From NCBI GenBank assembly GCA_029551395.1, contig JAKPFN010000046.1:15752-79751 (forward strand): DNA of 64,000 nucleotides, written 5' to 3'. The notes under the pieces are model-generated. The model had not been told where the DNA came from and did no database searches. It saw only the letters and a program-made list of their open reading frames with translations. A program made the translations under genes and the position numbers. The DNA comes from Armatimonadota bacterium (GTDB lineage: Bacteria; Armatimonadota; UBA5829; DTLH01). This document shows positions 52,316 to 61,715 of the stretch, in pieces (the stretch's first letter is position 1; every line of letters begins with the position of its first letter).

Positions 52316-53662
52316 TTGGTAAGACAAGTATTTGAGCAGTTAATACAGTTTTTTTCTGATGCTGCAGTGTCAGGAAGAGTCCGGCACGAAGGTCAGATGA
52401 CGCGAGTCGAACTTTCAGGCGGAGAGTCAGTTGATCGGATAACCGGTTATATTGGTAAAGCGTGCCAGTCTGCCATCGATCGTTCGATAGAAGGCGTCAT
52501 GCTTGGCCCGGAGCAGCGTCTTCCTGCAGCAAATAATCTATTAGTGTCGGTCTACCTTGAACACAGCCGCGCAGTAAAGTATCAGAAGGTAACGGATACA
52601 AGAGATTTAGCCCGGAACCTGTCTCGTGCAATGACGGAATATGCGCATAAGCAGCGGTATCTGCTTGTTGGAAATAAAGTTGAGGTGCCTGGGATTTCAA
52701 TTCGAGACCTGGACGAGACAGGAAGAGAACGGGTAGAGGTCTTCTGGCGGCGTTCTGAGATAACTGTGGATGGAAGCGCTCAAGCTCCTGTTATAGTCAG
52801 ACCTCGAAACGAACCGAGCAGACCTGAAGTAATATGTTCGGATAAAATAACAGCCGAATCTAATGAAGACGAAGCGAGATTATCAGAGCCGTTTACATTA
52901 TGGGTCAAAGACGGCAACCAGGAACCTGTTTTATGGGATAATCTGCTTACCCCGTTCTATTTTGGGAAAGAAACAAAGCATCCCCAGGTAGAATTTGAGT
53001 TCGCACAAAAGGATCAGATTTCACGGGATCACTTTGCTATCCTCTACTTGCCAAGAGAGCGGTTCCTTATCAGAAACAACGGACGCAATGGAACAATAGT
53101 GATCCGTGGAGACCGAGCATTAAGGTTATACACTCCACCGTCATTGCAAAACGGACCGAAAAGCGCGCAAATTGCAAGACTTGCGGATGGTGATATCATA
53201 AGGCTACAGGCTGGACCGCTGGAGGCTACAAGAATAGTCCAGATGGCATTTTGCCGTCCCGGAACGCAGGTTGAGGACATTAAATGGGCTGATAGTCTTG
53301 AGAAACTGGATTGCGGCGATGTAATCGAGCCGGTAGTCCGCAGAATAAGACAAAACGGCCCGCTCGAGCAGTTTACCTTGATATGCGGCGACCAATATCT
53401 TGGCAGCGCAATCACTCAAGGGATAAAATTTGCTTATTCTGAGGATGATCCTGGTTTTGTTGGCGGTTCGGCAATAGCTTTGGTCAGTAATTTCGGCAGG
53501 CTTACCATCAGATGGCTCAATGCAGATATACCTGCAGTAGTCGGTGGAACTTCGCTGCAAGTAAATAAGGCTGTTGCGCTTCGTCCTGGTGATGAGCTTG
53601 TTTTTGGTGGATCTGGATGCGCTATTCCAGAGACAAAGGTCAAATTTGAATGGATTGAGTAG
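52316..53662 (+). CDS. FhaA-like protein (DUF3662-like N-terminus, FHA, second degenerate FHA-like domain)
   Basis: AANNLLVSV..LARNL...EYA....YLLVG; FHA FGK..ISRDH..NGRNGT..LADGDII; C-terminal LRPGDELVFG. Confidence 0.7.
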   Translation: MVRQVFEQLIQFFSDAAVSGRVRHEGQMTRVELSGGESVDRITGYIGKACQSAIDRSIEGVMLGPEQRLPAANNLLVSVYLEHSRAVKYQKVTDTRDLARNLSRAMTEYAHKQRYLLVGNKVEVPGISIRDLDETGRERVEVFWRRSEITVDGSAQAPVIVRPRNEPSRPEVICSDKITAESNEDEARLSEPFTLWVKDGNQEPVLWDNLLTPFYFGKETKHPQVEFEFAQKDQISRDHFAILYLPRERFLIRNNGRNGTIVIRGDRALRLYTPPSLQNGPKSAQIARLADGDIIRLQAGPLEATRIVQMAFCRPGTQVEDIKWADSLEKLDCGDVIEPVVRRIRQNGPLEQFTLICGDQYLGSAITQGIKFAYSEDDPGFVGGSAIALVSNFGRLTIRWLNADIPAVVGGTSLQVNKAVALRPGDELVFGGSGCAIPETKVKFEWIE

Positions 53663-53683
53663 CCGATAGTTGAGAGTATCGAT

Positions 53684-54187
53684 ATGGAATACGTTCTGAA
53701 TTGGCTTGTTCTAATACTGGCGCTTGGAGCTATACTGCTGGTAGCATTCCTGTGCTATGCGGACATTACTCGTAGGAGTGACCATAGTCCTGAATCTAGA
53801 GCTGTTACGCATGTTGAATATACTGCTGAGCCATCTACAGTAGCAGCAGCTTCAGATGGAATGTATGTAGAGCTTGCATACTGCAGAAATGATGTTGTGG
53901 AGCACGTTCAAAAGGTATACCCATACGAAGCAGGATATGTGGGAACAGAATCGTATCCAGCAATGGGAGCAGGGATGCCTGTTAGATGCCTGGAAGTATG
54001 CTGGCGGAATGGCGATCTCGTTTGCTGCAACCTGGACTGGCAAACACAGGTTGGTCTTCCAGATGAGAACGGAGAGCTAATAGCAATTGAAATAGGCCAG
54101 TCAGTTGTCATCGATGATGGAGCGGAGTTGCATGTCGGGAATGACTGGGTCATCCGCTGCACGATTCATGGAAGGACAGAAGAATGA
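53684..54187 (+). CDS. FhaB-like membrane protein (N-terminal TM + degenerate FHA-like fold)
   Basis: TM at about residues 5-25; C-terminal IDDGAELHVG resembles the FHA end strand; GR/SxxH/NG not found. Confidence 0.5.
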   Translation: MEYVLNWLVLILALGAILLVAFLCYADITRRSDHSPESRAVTHVEYTAEPSTVAAASDGMYVELAYCRNDVVEHVQKVYPYEAGYVGTESYPAMGAGMPVRCLEVCWRNGDLVCCNLDWQTQVGLPDENGELIAIEIGQSVVIDDGAELHVGNDWVIRCTIHGRTEE

Positions 54188-55458
54188 GGACTGTTGTCGA
54201 TCTTGCCGGATTTTCCATAGCTAAAGAACGACCAGATGGACATAATGAAGACTGTTTCGAATTTCTTCCTGAGCCTGGAGATGGTCCAGCAGCCTGGGCA
54301 GATTTTGCAGCCATAGTGGTAGACGGTGTAGGCAGTTCAGCAGACCCTCAACGCGCGGCTATGATGGCTGCACACAGTTGGTTGGATCATGCAGAGGCTA
54401 AGTTTATAGAAAACGGCGATAAATGCGCCGGATTTACAGCACGGCATTTTGATGAAATAACCAGACATGCATTTGTCCAGGCTCATGAAGCTGTTCATTT
54501 GACCGCAGGCAGCGCTTGTGCAGTTGCTGCTTGTATTCAAGGAGATAAACTGATTGCAGGCAATGTAGGCGACTGCCGTATTTACATGATATCCGCAGGT
54601 AGATTGTTGCAGGTTTCGAAAGACCAGGTTGATTCGATCGGTGACCCTACTGATCTAATAGGCGGAAAACGTGTTCCAGTTCCTCATACTGTGTCAGATA
54701 TCAGGGTTAAGGCCGGAGATATATTGATCTTATGCACTGACGGTGTCTGGAAATATATAATGCCTGCAGATTTATTGAATTGCGCAGTATCTGGCAATGC
54801 TAAGGATATATCTGCGCGTATCGAACAAACACTGCGGTCACGGCGAAAGCCTGAATCAGATGACGCAACTGCTGTAGTTGCCATAATAAAACGAATAGGG
54901 CTGCCATTTTGGGAAAATGACTCGTATTCAGGAGAAAGTGTATTGAGAGACGATCTTGTTGAGAATAAGCTGAATGAGGTATTGGCTGAGCTGCTTAACC
55001 GGATTCGAACCCCGCTTGAACGCCAACATGCAAAGGCAGATCAGGCAGTTTCTCAGTTGTCATCGGCTGTAAATGATTTAAAGGCAGAACTGGAGTCTCT
55101 GCGGGCGGAGACAGCGCAAATTGGCAACCAAAGAAAGCCTGCAGGTTCGGACTGGAAGGCATCGTATGGGGTAATTGCTCTCAGTGTGCTGCTTTTCATC
55201 GGCGGCATAGTGATAGGTTGGGAACTTAGAGACTTTGCCAAGTCTTATAAAACTCGAGATATTACGCCAGAACTGCCTCAGAATGCTAAGGTATTATCAC
55301 AGCAATACACGGAGAACGACAGGCTCCTTGTCAGATTTGTAGGTAAAGATCAAAAGCAAAAACTGGCAGTGTTCCGTCTGGAAGATGGCGGAAAACCATT
55401 TGCAATAATAGACGATCCAAATCCTCCTGAAAAGAATAACGATGTTCAAGTGCCTTAA
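54184..55458 (+). CDS. PP2C-family phosphatase with coiled coil and TM (PstP-like)
   Basis: HNEDC, VDGVG, GNVGDCRIY, LCTDGV, DDATAV; TM YGVIALSVLLFIGGIVIGW. Confidence 0.88.
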   Translation: MRTVVDLAGFSIAKERPDGHNEDCFEFLPEPGDGPAAWADFAAIVVDGVGSSADPQRAAMMAAHSWLDHAEAKFIENGDKCAGFTARHFDEITRHAFVQAHEAVHLTAGSACAVAACIQGDKLIAGNVGDCRIYMISAGRLLQVSKDQVDSIGDPTDLIGGKRVPVPHTVSDIRVKAGDILILCTDGVWKYIMPADLLNCAVSGNAKDISARIEQTLRSRRKPESDDATAVVAIIKRIGLPFWENDSYSGESVLRDDLVENKLNEVLAELLNRIRTPLERQHAKADQAVSQLSSAVNDLKAELESLRAETAQIGNQRKPAGSDWKASYGVIALSVLLFIGGIVIGWELRDFAKSYKTRDITPELPQNAKVLSQQYTENDRLLVRFVGKDQKQKLAVFRLEDGGKPFAIIDDPNPPEKNNDVQVP

Positions 55459-57619
55459 ATGCGGTTTAGAGTTCGAAGATACTCCGCCTGAGTATTGTCC
55501 GGTCTGCCAGACACTTTGTTATGTGTGTCCGTGGTGCGGCAGGATGACTGATGCTTCTACATCGCACTGCGGGATGCAGGATTGTGAGCAGCCGATAAAA
55601 TATGTCCGCATGACACCTGACCTGCGCGATGTAATGCGTTTGGGGTGGGGAGAGTTAGTTGAAATTGGGCATGTCGAAGTCAGGATAGAGCGTGCCTTTT
55701 ATTTCAGCGCCAGAGTCACAGTCTACAGAGCCAGAGTAATCAGCACCACAGGAGGTAGAAAGTCAGAACCAAGACCAGGGGAAGTAGTAGTGGTGCGAGA
55801 GGTGATGGACGAGTGCTCGAAACGTGTAGAAGCTGTCATCTCCAAACTGTTATCAGTGCGCCATCCAAACATCGTTAGGACCTATGCAGGTGCTGCAGAT
55901 GAGTCAAGAGGCTGTTACAGATTGCTTCAGGCGTGGATAGGTGACCGCGATCTGGCATCAGACCATCTTCAAGAGAAAGGTGGACAATCAGCAGATAACC
56001 TCAGGTTGGCTCAGATAGCGTTTGATCTGGCGCATGCTTTGGAGTATTTACACGAAAAAGGGATTATCCACTGCGATCTTACACCATTTAACGTTCTTCT
56101 GACAGATGACGGAACACCTGTTATATCGGATTTTGGGATTGCCACACTTACTGATGATCCAGGCCGCCCAAGAGGTTACACGCCAGGTTATTCGCCAGTA
56201 GAAATGCTTCCTCCTGAGGACGTTCCTCAAGATATCCTCGGCCGGAGTTGGTCTATAGGTACCCATACAGATCGTTTTATGCTGGGTGCGACGCTATTTT
56301 GTATCTCATGCGGTCGAGGTGTAAGAGATGCCCATCCGGTAACAAGGACTCCTGTGCTTGTGCCACCGGTGGATCGGATAAGATATGACCTGGGGTATGG
56401 CGGGTCACCACAGGCACCACTGACAGCAATCAAACGAGATATCGACTCGGGATTAGCAGAATGGATCGAAACACTAATATCGATAGAACCTGATGCTCGT
56501 TTCCGAAACGACTCAGAGATGGTCAGCCGAATTACGAAACTCGCCAAGCAGGTTGGGAGACGGAAAATAATCCCATATCTATGGTCAGGTCGGATGCGGA
56601 AGCCTTTGAAGGCCGCAGCCCTGGTTTTTATCGTCTTGATGCTAGTTTTCTTGGTCAGACATTCTTATACTCTCACGAATTCCCCAAGAAACCTGTATGC
56701 GTTGGCTGTATCAGATATAGCAGGACTGTTTAAAAGACACGATATTGCTCTAAAAGCATTAGATAACGCACCTGTACCTTCGGCAGAGATAAGTTGGGCA
56801 AGAGGTCGCGCATTGGAGCGGCTTGGAATGCTGGATGAAGCGATGGATGCGTATAAGAACAGCGTAAAAATCGATCCATCGTTTACAACAGCAGTCAAAG
56901 CAGTTGAAAGAACTCGTACGACGCTTGGAATGACAAGCCTACAGCGCGGATTGCAGCTTTATCGGGCTGGTGAGTATTATCTTGCAGATCAGCAGCTTAC
57001 CAAGGCTGAAAAACACGGGATGACATCGCTTGAAGGTTACAAGGCTCTTGCTCATATTGCAGAACGGCGAGGTCAGATATCCCGCGCAGCAAAATACTGG
57101 GACAAAATATGTACATTGGATCCGCGCAGCGTAAAAGCGCACTATCGAGCATCAATACTGTTTCTTGATTCGAAAAACCTCAATAAAGCTTATCATCATG
57201 CTGCAAAGGCCCGCGACCTGTACTACAAGCCAAAACCAAAGGATAATGTAGGGAAGGCTGAGATGGAATCTCTTATTGAGGATGTTTCGAAAGCCTGCCT
57301 GCGTGAAGGATATTTGGACATATCAAAAGTAACCAGTGTCCGGCGTATTTATGAAAAAATGGTCTGGGTAGAAAGAGCAAAGAACCTCAATCCGACAGCA
57401 GAAGTCTACACCAAACTGGGGAATTATGAAGAGCGGCTTGGAGACCTTGCTTTGTCTGACAAGCGATTGAACCACTACAACAAGGCAGTAGATCACCTTA
57501 AGAAAGCACGCAAACTGAAGCCTGGGTCGATATCGATAAACACACATCTTGCCCGCTGCATCGCCAAGTCTAAAGCACATCAGGTAAGACTCAGCATTAA
57601 ATCTTTCCTTCAATCATAA
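55442..57619 (+). CDS. Ser/Thr kinase-like protein (double zinc ribbon, atypical kinase domain, TM, TPRs)
   Basis: CLKC/CPVC/CPWC; HPNIV, HCDLTPFN, SDFGIA, YTPGYSPVE; TM then TPR-like helices. Confidence 0.88.
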   Translation: MFKCLKCGLEFEDTPPEYCPVCQTLCYVCPWCGRMTDASTSHCGMQDCEQPIKYVRMTPDLRDVMRLGWGELVEIGHVEVRIERAFYFSARVTVYRARVISTTGGRKSEPRPGEVVVVREVMDECSKRVEAVISKLLSVRHPNIVRTYAGAADESRGCYRLLQAWIGDRDLASDHLQEKGGQSADNLRLAQIAFDLAHALEYLHEKGIIHCDLTPFNVLLTDDGTPVISDFGIATLTDDPGRPRGYTPGYSPVEMLPPEDVPQDILGRSWSIGTHTDRFMLGATLFCISCGRGVRDAHPVTRTPVLVPPVDRIRYDLGYGGSPQAPLTAIKRDIDSGLAEWIETLISIEPDARFRNDSEMVSRITKLAKQVGRRKIIPYLWSGRMRKPLKAAALVFIVLMLVFLVRHSYTLTNSPRNLYALAVSDIAGLFKRHDIALKALDNAPVPSAEISWARGRALERLGMLDEAMDAYKNSVKIDPSFTTAVKAVERTRTTLGMTSLQRGLQLYRAGEYYLADQQLTKAEKHGMTSLEGYKALAHIAERRGQISRAAKYWDKICTLDPRSVKAHYRASILFLDSKNLNKAYHHAAKARDLYYKPKPKDNVGKAEMESLIEDVSKACLREGYLDISKVTSVRRIYEKMVWVERAKNLNPTAEVYTKLGNYEERLGDLALSDKRLNHYNKAVDHLKKARKLKPGSISINTHLARCIAKSKAHQVRLSIKSFLQS

Positions 57620-57755
57620 TATTCAGTTATGAGGTGTAACTGGTATATGATACAATCACCTTAGCATTCAGCCTTTCTTAATTCATAGAGGTAAGTTTGC
57701 ATTGTGTATCGAATATCATGTATGAAAATGATTTAAGGAGTAGTAACTGTCGAAG

Positions 57756-58691
57756 ATGACGGATGAAAAACAGTCTGTATTGAAAGCAAAGATGGATGCT
57801 GCAGCATCTGCAGGAATAGTAGTTCCCGCATTCAACGTACCTTACCTCCCGATGGCGGAACCAATCCTTAATACTCTTGCTGAGCTTGATGCATTTGCTT
57901 TGATGGAAGTTGCACGGCTTGAGCTGACAAAATTCGAATCCCGAAGTCTGGAAGCTGTTGCAAAAGAGTTTCGGAAATATGCTGATCCCCGGACAGCAAG
58001 CCTTCATCTTGACCACGTTCCGGTAATTGACGAAGATGGACTGCTTGTAGACTGGAAAAGCCTGATAGCAGAGGGAATAGCTCTTGGCTATAGTTCCGTA
58101 ATGATAGATGGATCCAGACTTCCGCTTGGAGAAAACATTGAAGTCACTGCTGAGGTAGTACGGATGGCACATACAGAAGGTGTGCTGGTCGAGGCTGAGC
58201 TTGGATCCGTAATGGGACATGAATCAGGTCCGCTGCCTCCATACAATGAGCTTTTCGAGAGCAAAGCAGGATTCACAAGACCAGAGGAAGCTAAGGAATT
58301 CGTTGAGAAAACAGGTGTAGACTGGTTGTCCGTCTCTGTAGGTTCTGTTCACGGTGCTATATCTGGCGCAGCTAAAAGCCAGAAGAAAGTTGAAGCCAGG
58401 CTGGATATAGAGCATTTGAGAAAACTGTGGGATATAACCGGTATTCCGTTGGTGCTGCATGGCGGCTCAGGGATACAGCAATCATACATAGATGAAGCAA
58501 TCAAGAATGGTATTGCAAAGATCAACGTCGGCACCGACATCCGTCAGCCTTATGAACGCATGCTGGCTGAAACAGGCAGCGTAAAGGATGCTCAGGCGGC
58601 TGTAGCTGAGAAGATGAATCAGTTGATCTGTGATGTTTATCGAATAAATGGCTCTGCAAGCAAGCTCGAGTCGTTGATCTCCGGGAAGTAA
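57756..58691 (+). CDS. Class II fructose/tagatose-bisphosphate aldolase family protein
   Basis: PAFNV, LHLDH, SVMIDGS, VEAELG, GSVHG, LVLHGGSG, KINV. Confidence 0.93.
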   Translation: MTDEKQSVLKAKMDAAASAGIVVPAFNVPYLPMAEPILNTLAELDAFALMEVARLELTKFESRSLEAVAKEFRKYADPRTASLHLDHVPVIDEDGLLVDWKSLIAEGIALGYSSVMIDGSRLPLGENIEVTAEVVRMAHTEGVLVEAELGSVMGHESGPLPPYNELFESKAGFTRPEEAKEFVEKTGVDWLSVSVGSVHGAISGAAKSQKKVEARLDIEHLRKLWDITGIPLVLHGGSGIQQSYIDEAIKNGIAKINVGTDIRQPYERMLAETGSVKDAQAAVAEKMNQLICDVYRINGSASKLESLISGK

Positions 58692-58714
58692 CCGTTAATC
58701 ATCAGAGGGCAAAT

Positions 58715-60241
58715 ATGAGTTTAATGGGTGTAGATGTTGGCACTACTGGCGTAAAAGCTGTTGTGTTCGACGACAAAGGTGCGCAGATAGCTTCCGCATA
58801 CGAGGAGTATCCATTGCATTTCCCATTTCCGGGAGCAAGCGAACTGGATTCCAAAGGGGTAATTGATGCTTCTTTAAGGGTAATCAGCAAGGCTGTAAAA
58901 GATGCTGCCCCGATAAGCCCTGTAAAAGCAATAGGAATAGCCTCTCAGGGAGAAGCATTCACGCCACTTGCGCCTGATGGACGTATCTTAGGAAATGCAA
59001 TGACTTCATCAGACAATAGAGTGGAGCCGTATGTCAGGAGTTGGAGTGACAAGTTTGGTTATGAGCATCTTTATGCAACCACAGGTCATGCTCCTTACAC
59101 GATACACTCACTTTATAAAATGCTGTGGCTCAAGGACCACCAACCTGATGTATGGCGGGATGCATGGAAGTTCCTGTTCTTCGAGGATTTGATAGCGTAT
59201 GTTCTTACCGGCGAAACGAAGGTCGATTATTCGCTCGCAGCTCGTTCTATGCTTTTCGATATACGAACAAAAAAATGGTCTAGCGAGATCTGCGGTGCGC
59301 TGGAGATTGATACTGCTAAACTTCCTGAGCCGGTACCTTCGGGTGAGATTGTAGGAAAAATAAAGAAAGATCTTGCTGAAAGCCTTGGATTGAATTCTGA
59401 TGTAACGGTTTCTGCGGCTGGACATGATCAGCCAGTAGGAGCGCTTGGCTGTGGTGCAGCATCTCCTGGTCTAGCAAGCTATTCTATCGGAACGGTTGAG
59501 TGTATAACTCCTTTGTTCGATAAGCCCATTCAGAGTCCTGAACTTATGGCTGCAAACCTGGCAATGTATCCACACGTGCTGCCGGATATGTATACCAGTG
59601 TTGCATTCAACCTGACAGGTGGAAGCGGGCTTAGGTGGTTGAGAGACAATATTGCTACAGAAGAAGCAAACACAGCACGTGCAAACGGAGAAGATCCGTA
59701 TGACTGTATCGTTGCTGCAGCGTCCCAAGAGCCTTCTAACCTGGTGCTGCTGCCTCATTTTGGACCAACGGGTACACCGCACTTTAACCCGATTGCTACT
59801 GGAGCGCTTTTTGGAATAAGTCTCTCTACAACAAGAGCTGAGGTTTTTAGAGCGTTTCTGGAAGGCATTACCTACGAGTTGAAGTGGAATTTGACTATCT
59901 TGAAAGACTCCGGATTTGACCTGAAAGAGCTGAGGGTTGTTGGTGGAGGTGCAAAAAGTGCTGTCTGGATGCAGATTAAATCTGATATATTAGGTGTTCC
60001 GCTCAAAACAATGCGTGTAACTGAAGCTACCTGCATGGGTGCTGCAATTCTGGCAGGCAGCGGAGCGGGAATGCTCGACGCGGCAGAAACAAGCGCTAAG
60101 TGGGCAAGCCCCATCCGGACATTTATACCAAGAGAAGAGTTCACCCAACTTTACCAGGATCGGTTCGATATCTATAAAGACTTATATTATGCACTGGATA
60201 GCGCTAGGCGCAAGCTGCATATTTTGAAGAGAAAAGGATAG
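58715..60241 (+). CDS. FGGY-family carbohydrate kinase
   Basis: GVDVGTTGVK, GHDQ, GT.E, GGGAKS..W.Q..SD..G, GAA. Confidence 0.93.
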   Translation: MSLMGVDVGTTGVKAVVFDDKGAQIASAYEEYPLHFPFPGASELDSKGVIDASLRVISKAVKDAAPISPVKAIGIASQGEAFTPLAPDGRILGNAMTSSDNRVEPYVRSWSDKFGYEHLYATTGHAPYTIHSLYKMLWLKDHQPDVWRDAWKFLFFEDLIAYVLTGETKVDYSLAARSMLFDIRTKKWSSEICGALEIDTAKLPEPVPSGEIVGKIKKDLAESLGLNSDVTVSAAGHDQPVGALGCGAASPGLASYSIGTVECITPLFDKPIQSPELMAANLAMYPHVLPDMYTSVAFNLTGGSGLRWLRDNIATEEANTARANGEDPYDCIVAAASQEPSNLVLLPHFGPTGTPHFNPIATGALFGISLSTTRAEVFRAFLEGITYELKWNLTILKDSGFDLKELRVVGGGAKSAVWMQIKSDILGVPLKTMRVTEATCMGAAILAGSGAGMLDAAETSAKWASPIRTFIPREEFTQLYQDRFDIYKDLYYALDSARRKLHILKRKG

Positions 60242-60246
60242 ATAAA

Positions 60247-61668
60247 ATGGCCAGTGGAGTAAAGAAATCTACATTTGCCCTGTTCTTCGGTAACAGGGGC
60301 TTCTTTCCTGGATCGCTTATTGCATCAGCCAGGGATGAAATGGTTCAGACACTAAAGAATCTGGGACATGAAACACTTATCATGGATGCCGGACTGACCA
60401 GGCATGGCGCGGTAGAGACTGTCGCAGAAGGTCAGGCTTATGCTAAATTCCTAAAGGAGCATGAAGGCCAGTTCGATGGAATTATACTCTCACTTCCGAA
60501 CTTTGGCGATGAAAATGGCGTTATAGCAGCACTAAGAGATGTCAACGTGCCGATCTTTGTTCAGGCTTATCCTGATGATCTGGATAAAATGGCTCCTGAA
60601 GTCCGCAGAGATTCATTTTGCGGGAAAATGTCGATAATGGATGTCTTCTTCCAGAATGACATCAAATACACGGCATTAAAGCCTCACACAGTCGCACCGG
60701 GCAGCCTGGCGTTTGCAGCAAATATCGACCACTTCGACAGAGTCTGCCGAGTAGTCAAAGGCGTTCGGGGAATGACTGTTGGCGCAATCGGGGCGCGCTG
60801 CACACCGTTTAAAACAGTCAGAATAGATGAAGTCGCGCTTCAAAGAGCCGGTATTACCGTAGAAACAGTCGATTTGTCTGACGTTTTTGCTCGTATGCAG
60901 AGTGTCGACCCGAATAGCAACGCATATAAGGACAAACAGGAGTTCCTGAAGTCTTATACGAACCTTGGAGATGCTCCTGCAAAGGCGCTCGATAACATCC
61001 TGAGAATGGGTGTAGTGCTGGATCAATTAATTGAAGAGTACAATCTGGACGCTCTGGCAATCAGATGCTGGCTTGAACTTCAGCGTCAGTTGGAAATGTC
61101 TATTTGTGTTGTCGTAAGTGCACTCAATAATCAATTCCTTGCATCATCTTGTGAGGTTGATGTAGGCAATGCAGTGGCAATGCACGCACTGAGCAGAGCA
61201 TCTGGCAATGTCTCAGCATGTCTCGACTGGAACAACAACTATGGCGACGATGAAGATAAGTGCATCCTGTTCCACTGCGGTCCGGTACCTCAGGATATGA
61301 TGACCGAGAAGGGACTGGTTACTGGACACGCAATTCTCGACAACGCACCGGGTATTGCCTGCTCTTATGGCTGCAATACTGGAAGGATAAAACCTGGAGA
61401 CTTCACTTTCTCCAGTATGATGACTGATGCTGGTAAACTGAAATGGTATGTCGGTGAGGGAGCATTTACCACCGACCCGATTCCAGCAGAATTCTTCGGC
61501 TGTGCAGGTGTTGCTGAGATTCCAAACCTGCAGGATGTTCTGCTTTTTGCTGGTCGCAACGGTCACAGGCATCATGTCAGCGTCACTCCTGGTAAGGTGA
61601 CTGCTGCTTTGTCTGAAGCTCTGGGTTACTACCTTGGTCATCAGGTGGATGCACCACAGGAGAAGTAA
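60247..61668 (+). CDS. L-fucose/L-arabinose isomerase family protein
   Basis: GNRGFFP, LPNFGDE, RRDSFCGK, IRCW, CEVD, FHCG, RHHV. Confidence 0.88.
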   Translation: MASGVKKSTFALFFGNRGFFPGSLIASARDEMVQTLKNLGHETLIMDAGLTRHGAVETVAEGQAYAKFLKEHEGQFDGIILSLPNFGDENGVIAALRDVNVPIFVQAYPDDLDKMAPEVRRDSFCGKMSIMDVFFQNDIKYTALKPHTVAPGSLAFAANIDHFDRVCRVVKGVRGMTVGAIGARCTPFKTVRIDEVALQRAGITVETVDLSDVFARMQSVDPNSNAYKDKQEFLKSYTNLGDAPAKALDNILRMGVVLDQLIEEYNLDALAIRCWLELQRQLEMSICVVVSALNNQFLASSCEVDVGNAVAMHALSRASGNVSACLDWNNNYGDDEDKCILFHCGPVPQDMMTEKGLVTGHAILDNAPGIACSYGCNTGRIKPGDFTFSSMMTDAGKLKWYVGEGAFTTDPIPAEFFGCAGVAEIPNLQDVLLFAGRNGHRHHVSVTPGKVTAALSEALGYYLGHQVDAPQEK

Positions 61669-61685
61669 CGAGTAAGTACTAATAA

Positions 61686-61715
61686 AACAGGGGTGGGAGA
61701 TATCCTGCCCCTGTT
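61686..61715. terminator. Bidirectional terminator between convergent genes
   Basis: AACAGGGGTGGGA / TCCTGCCCCTGTT stem. Confidence 0.7.
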
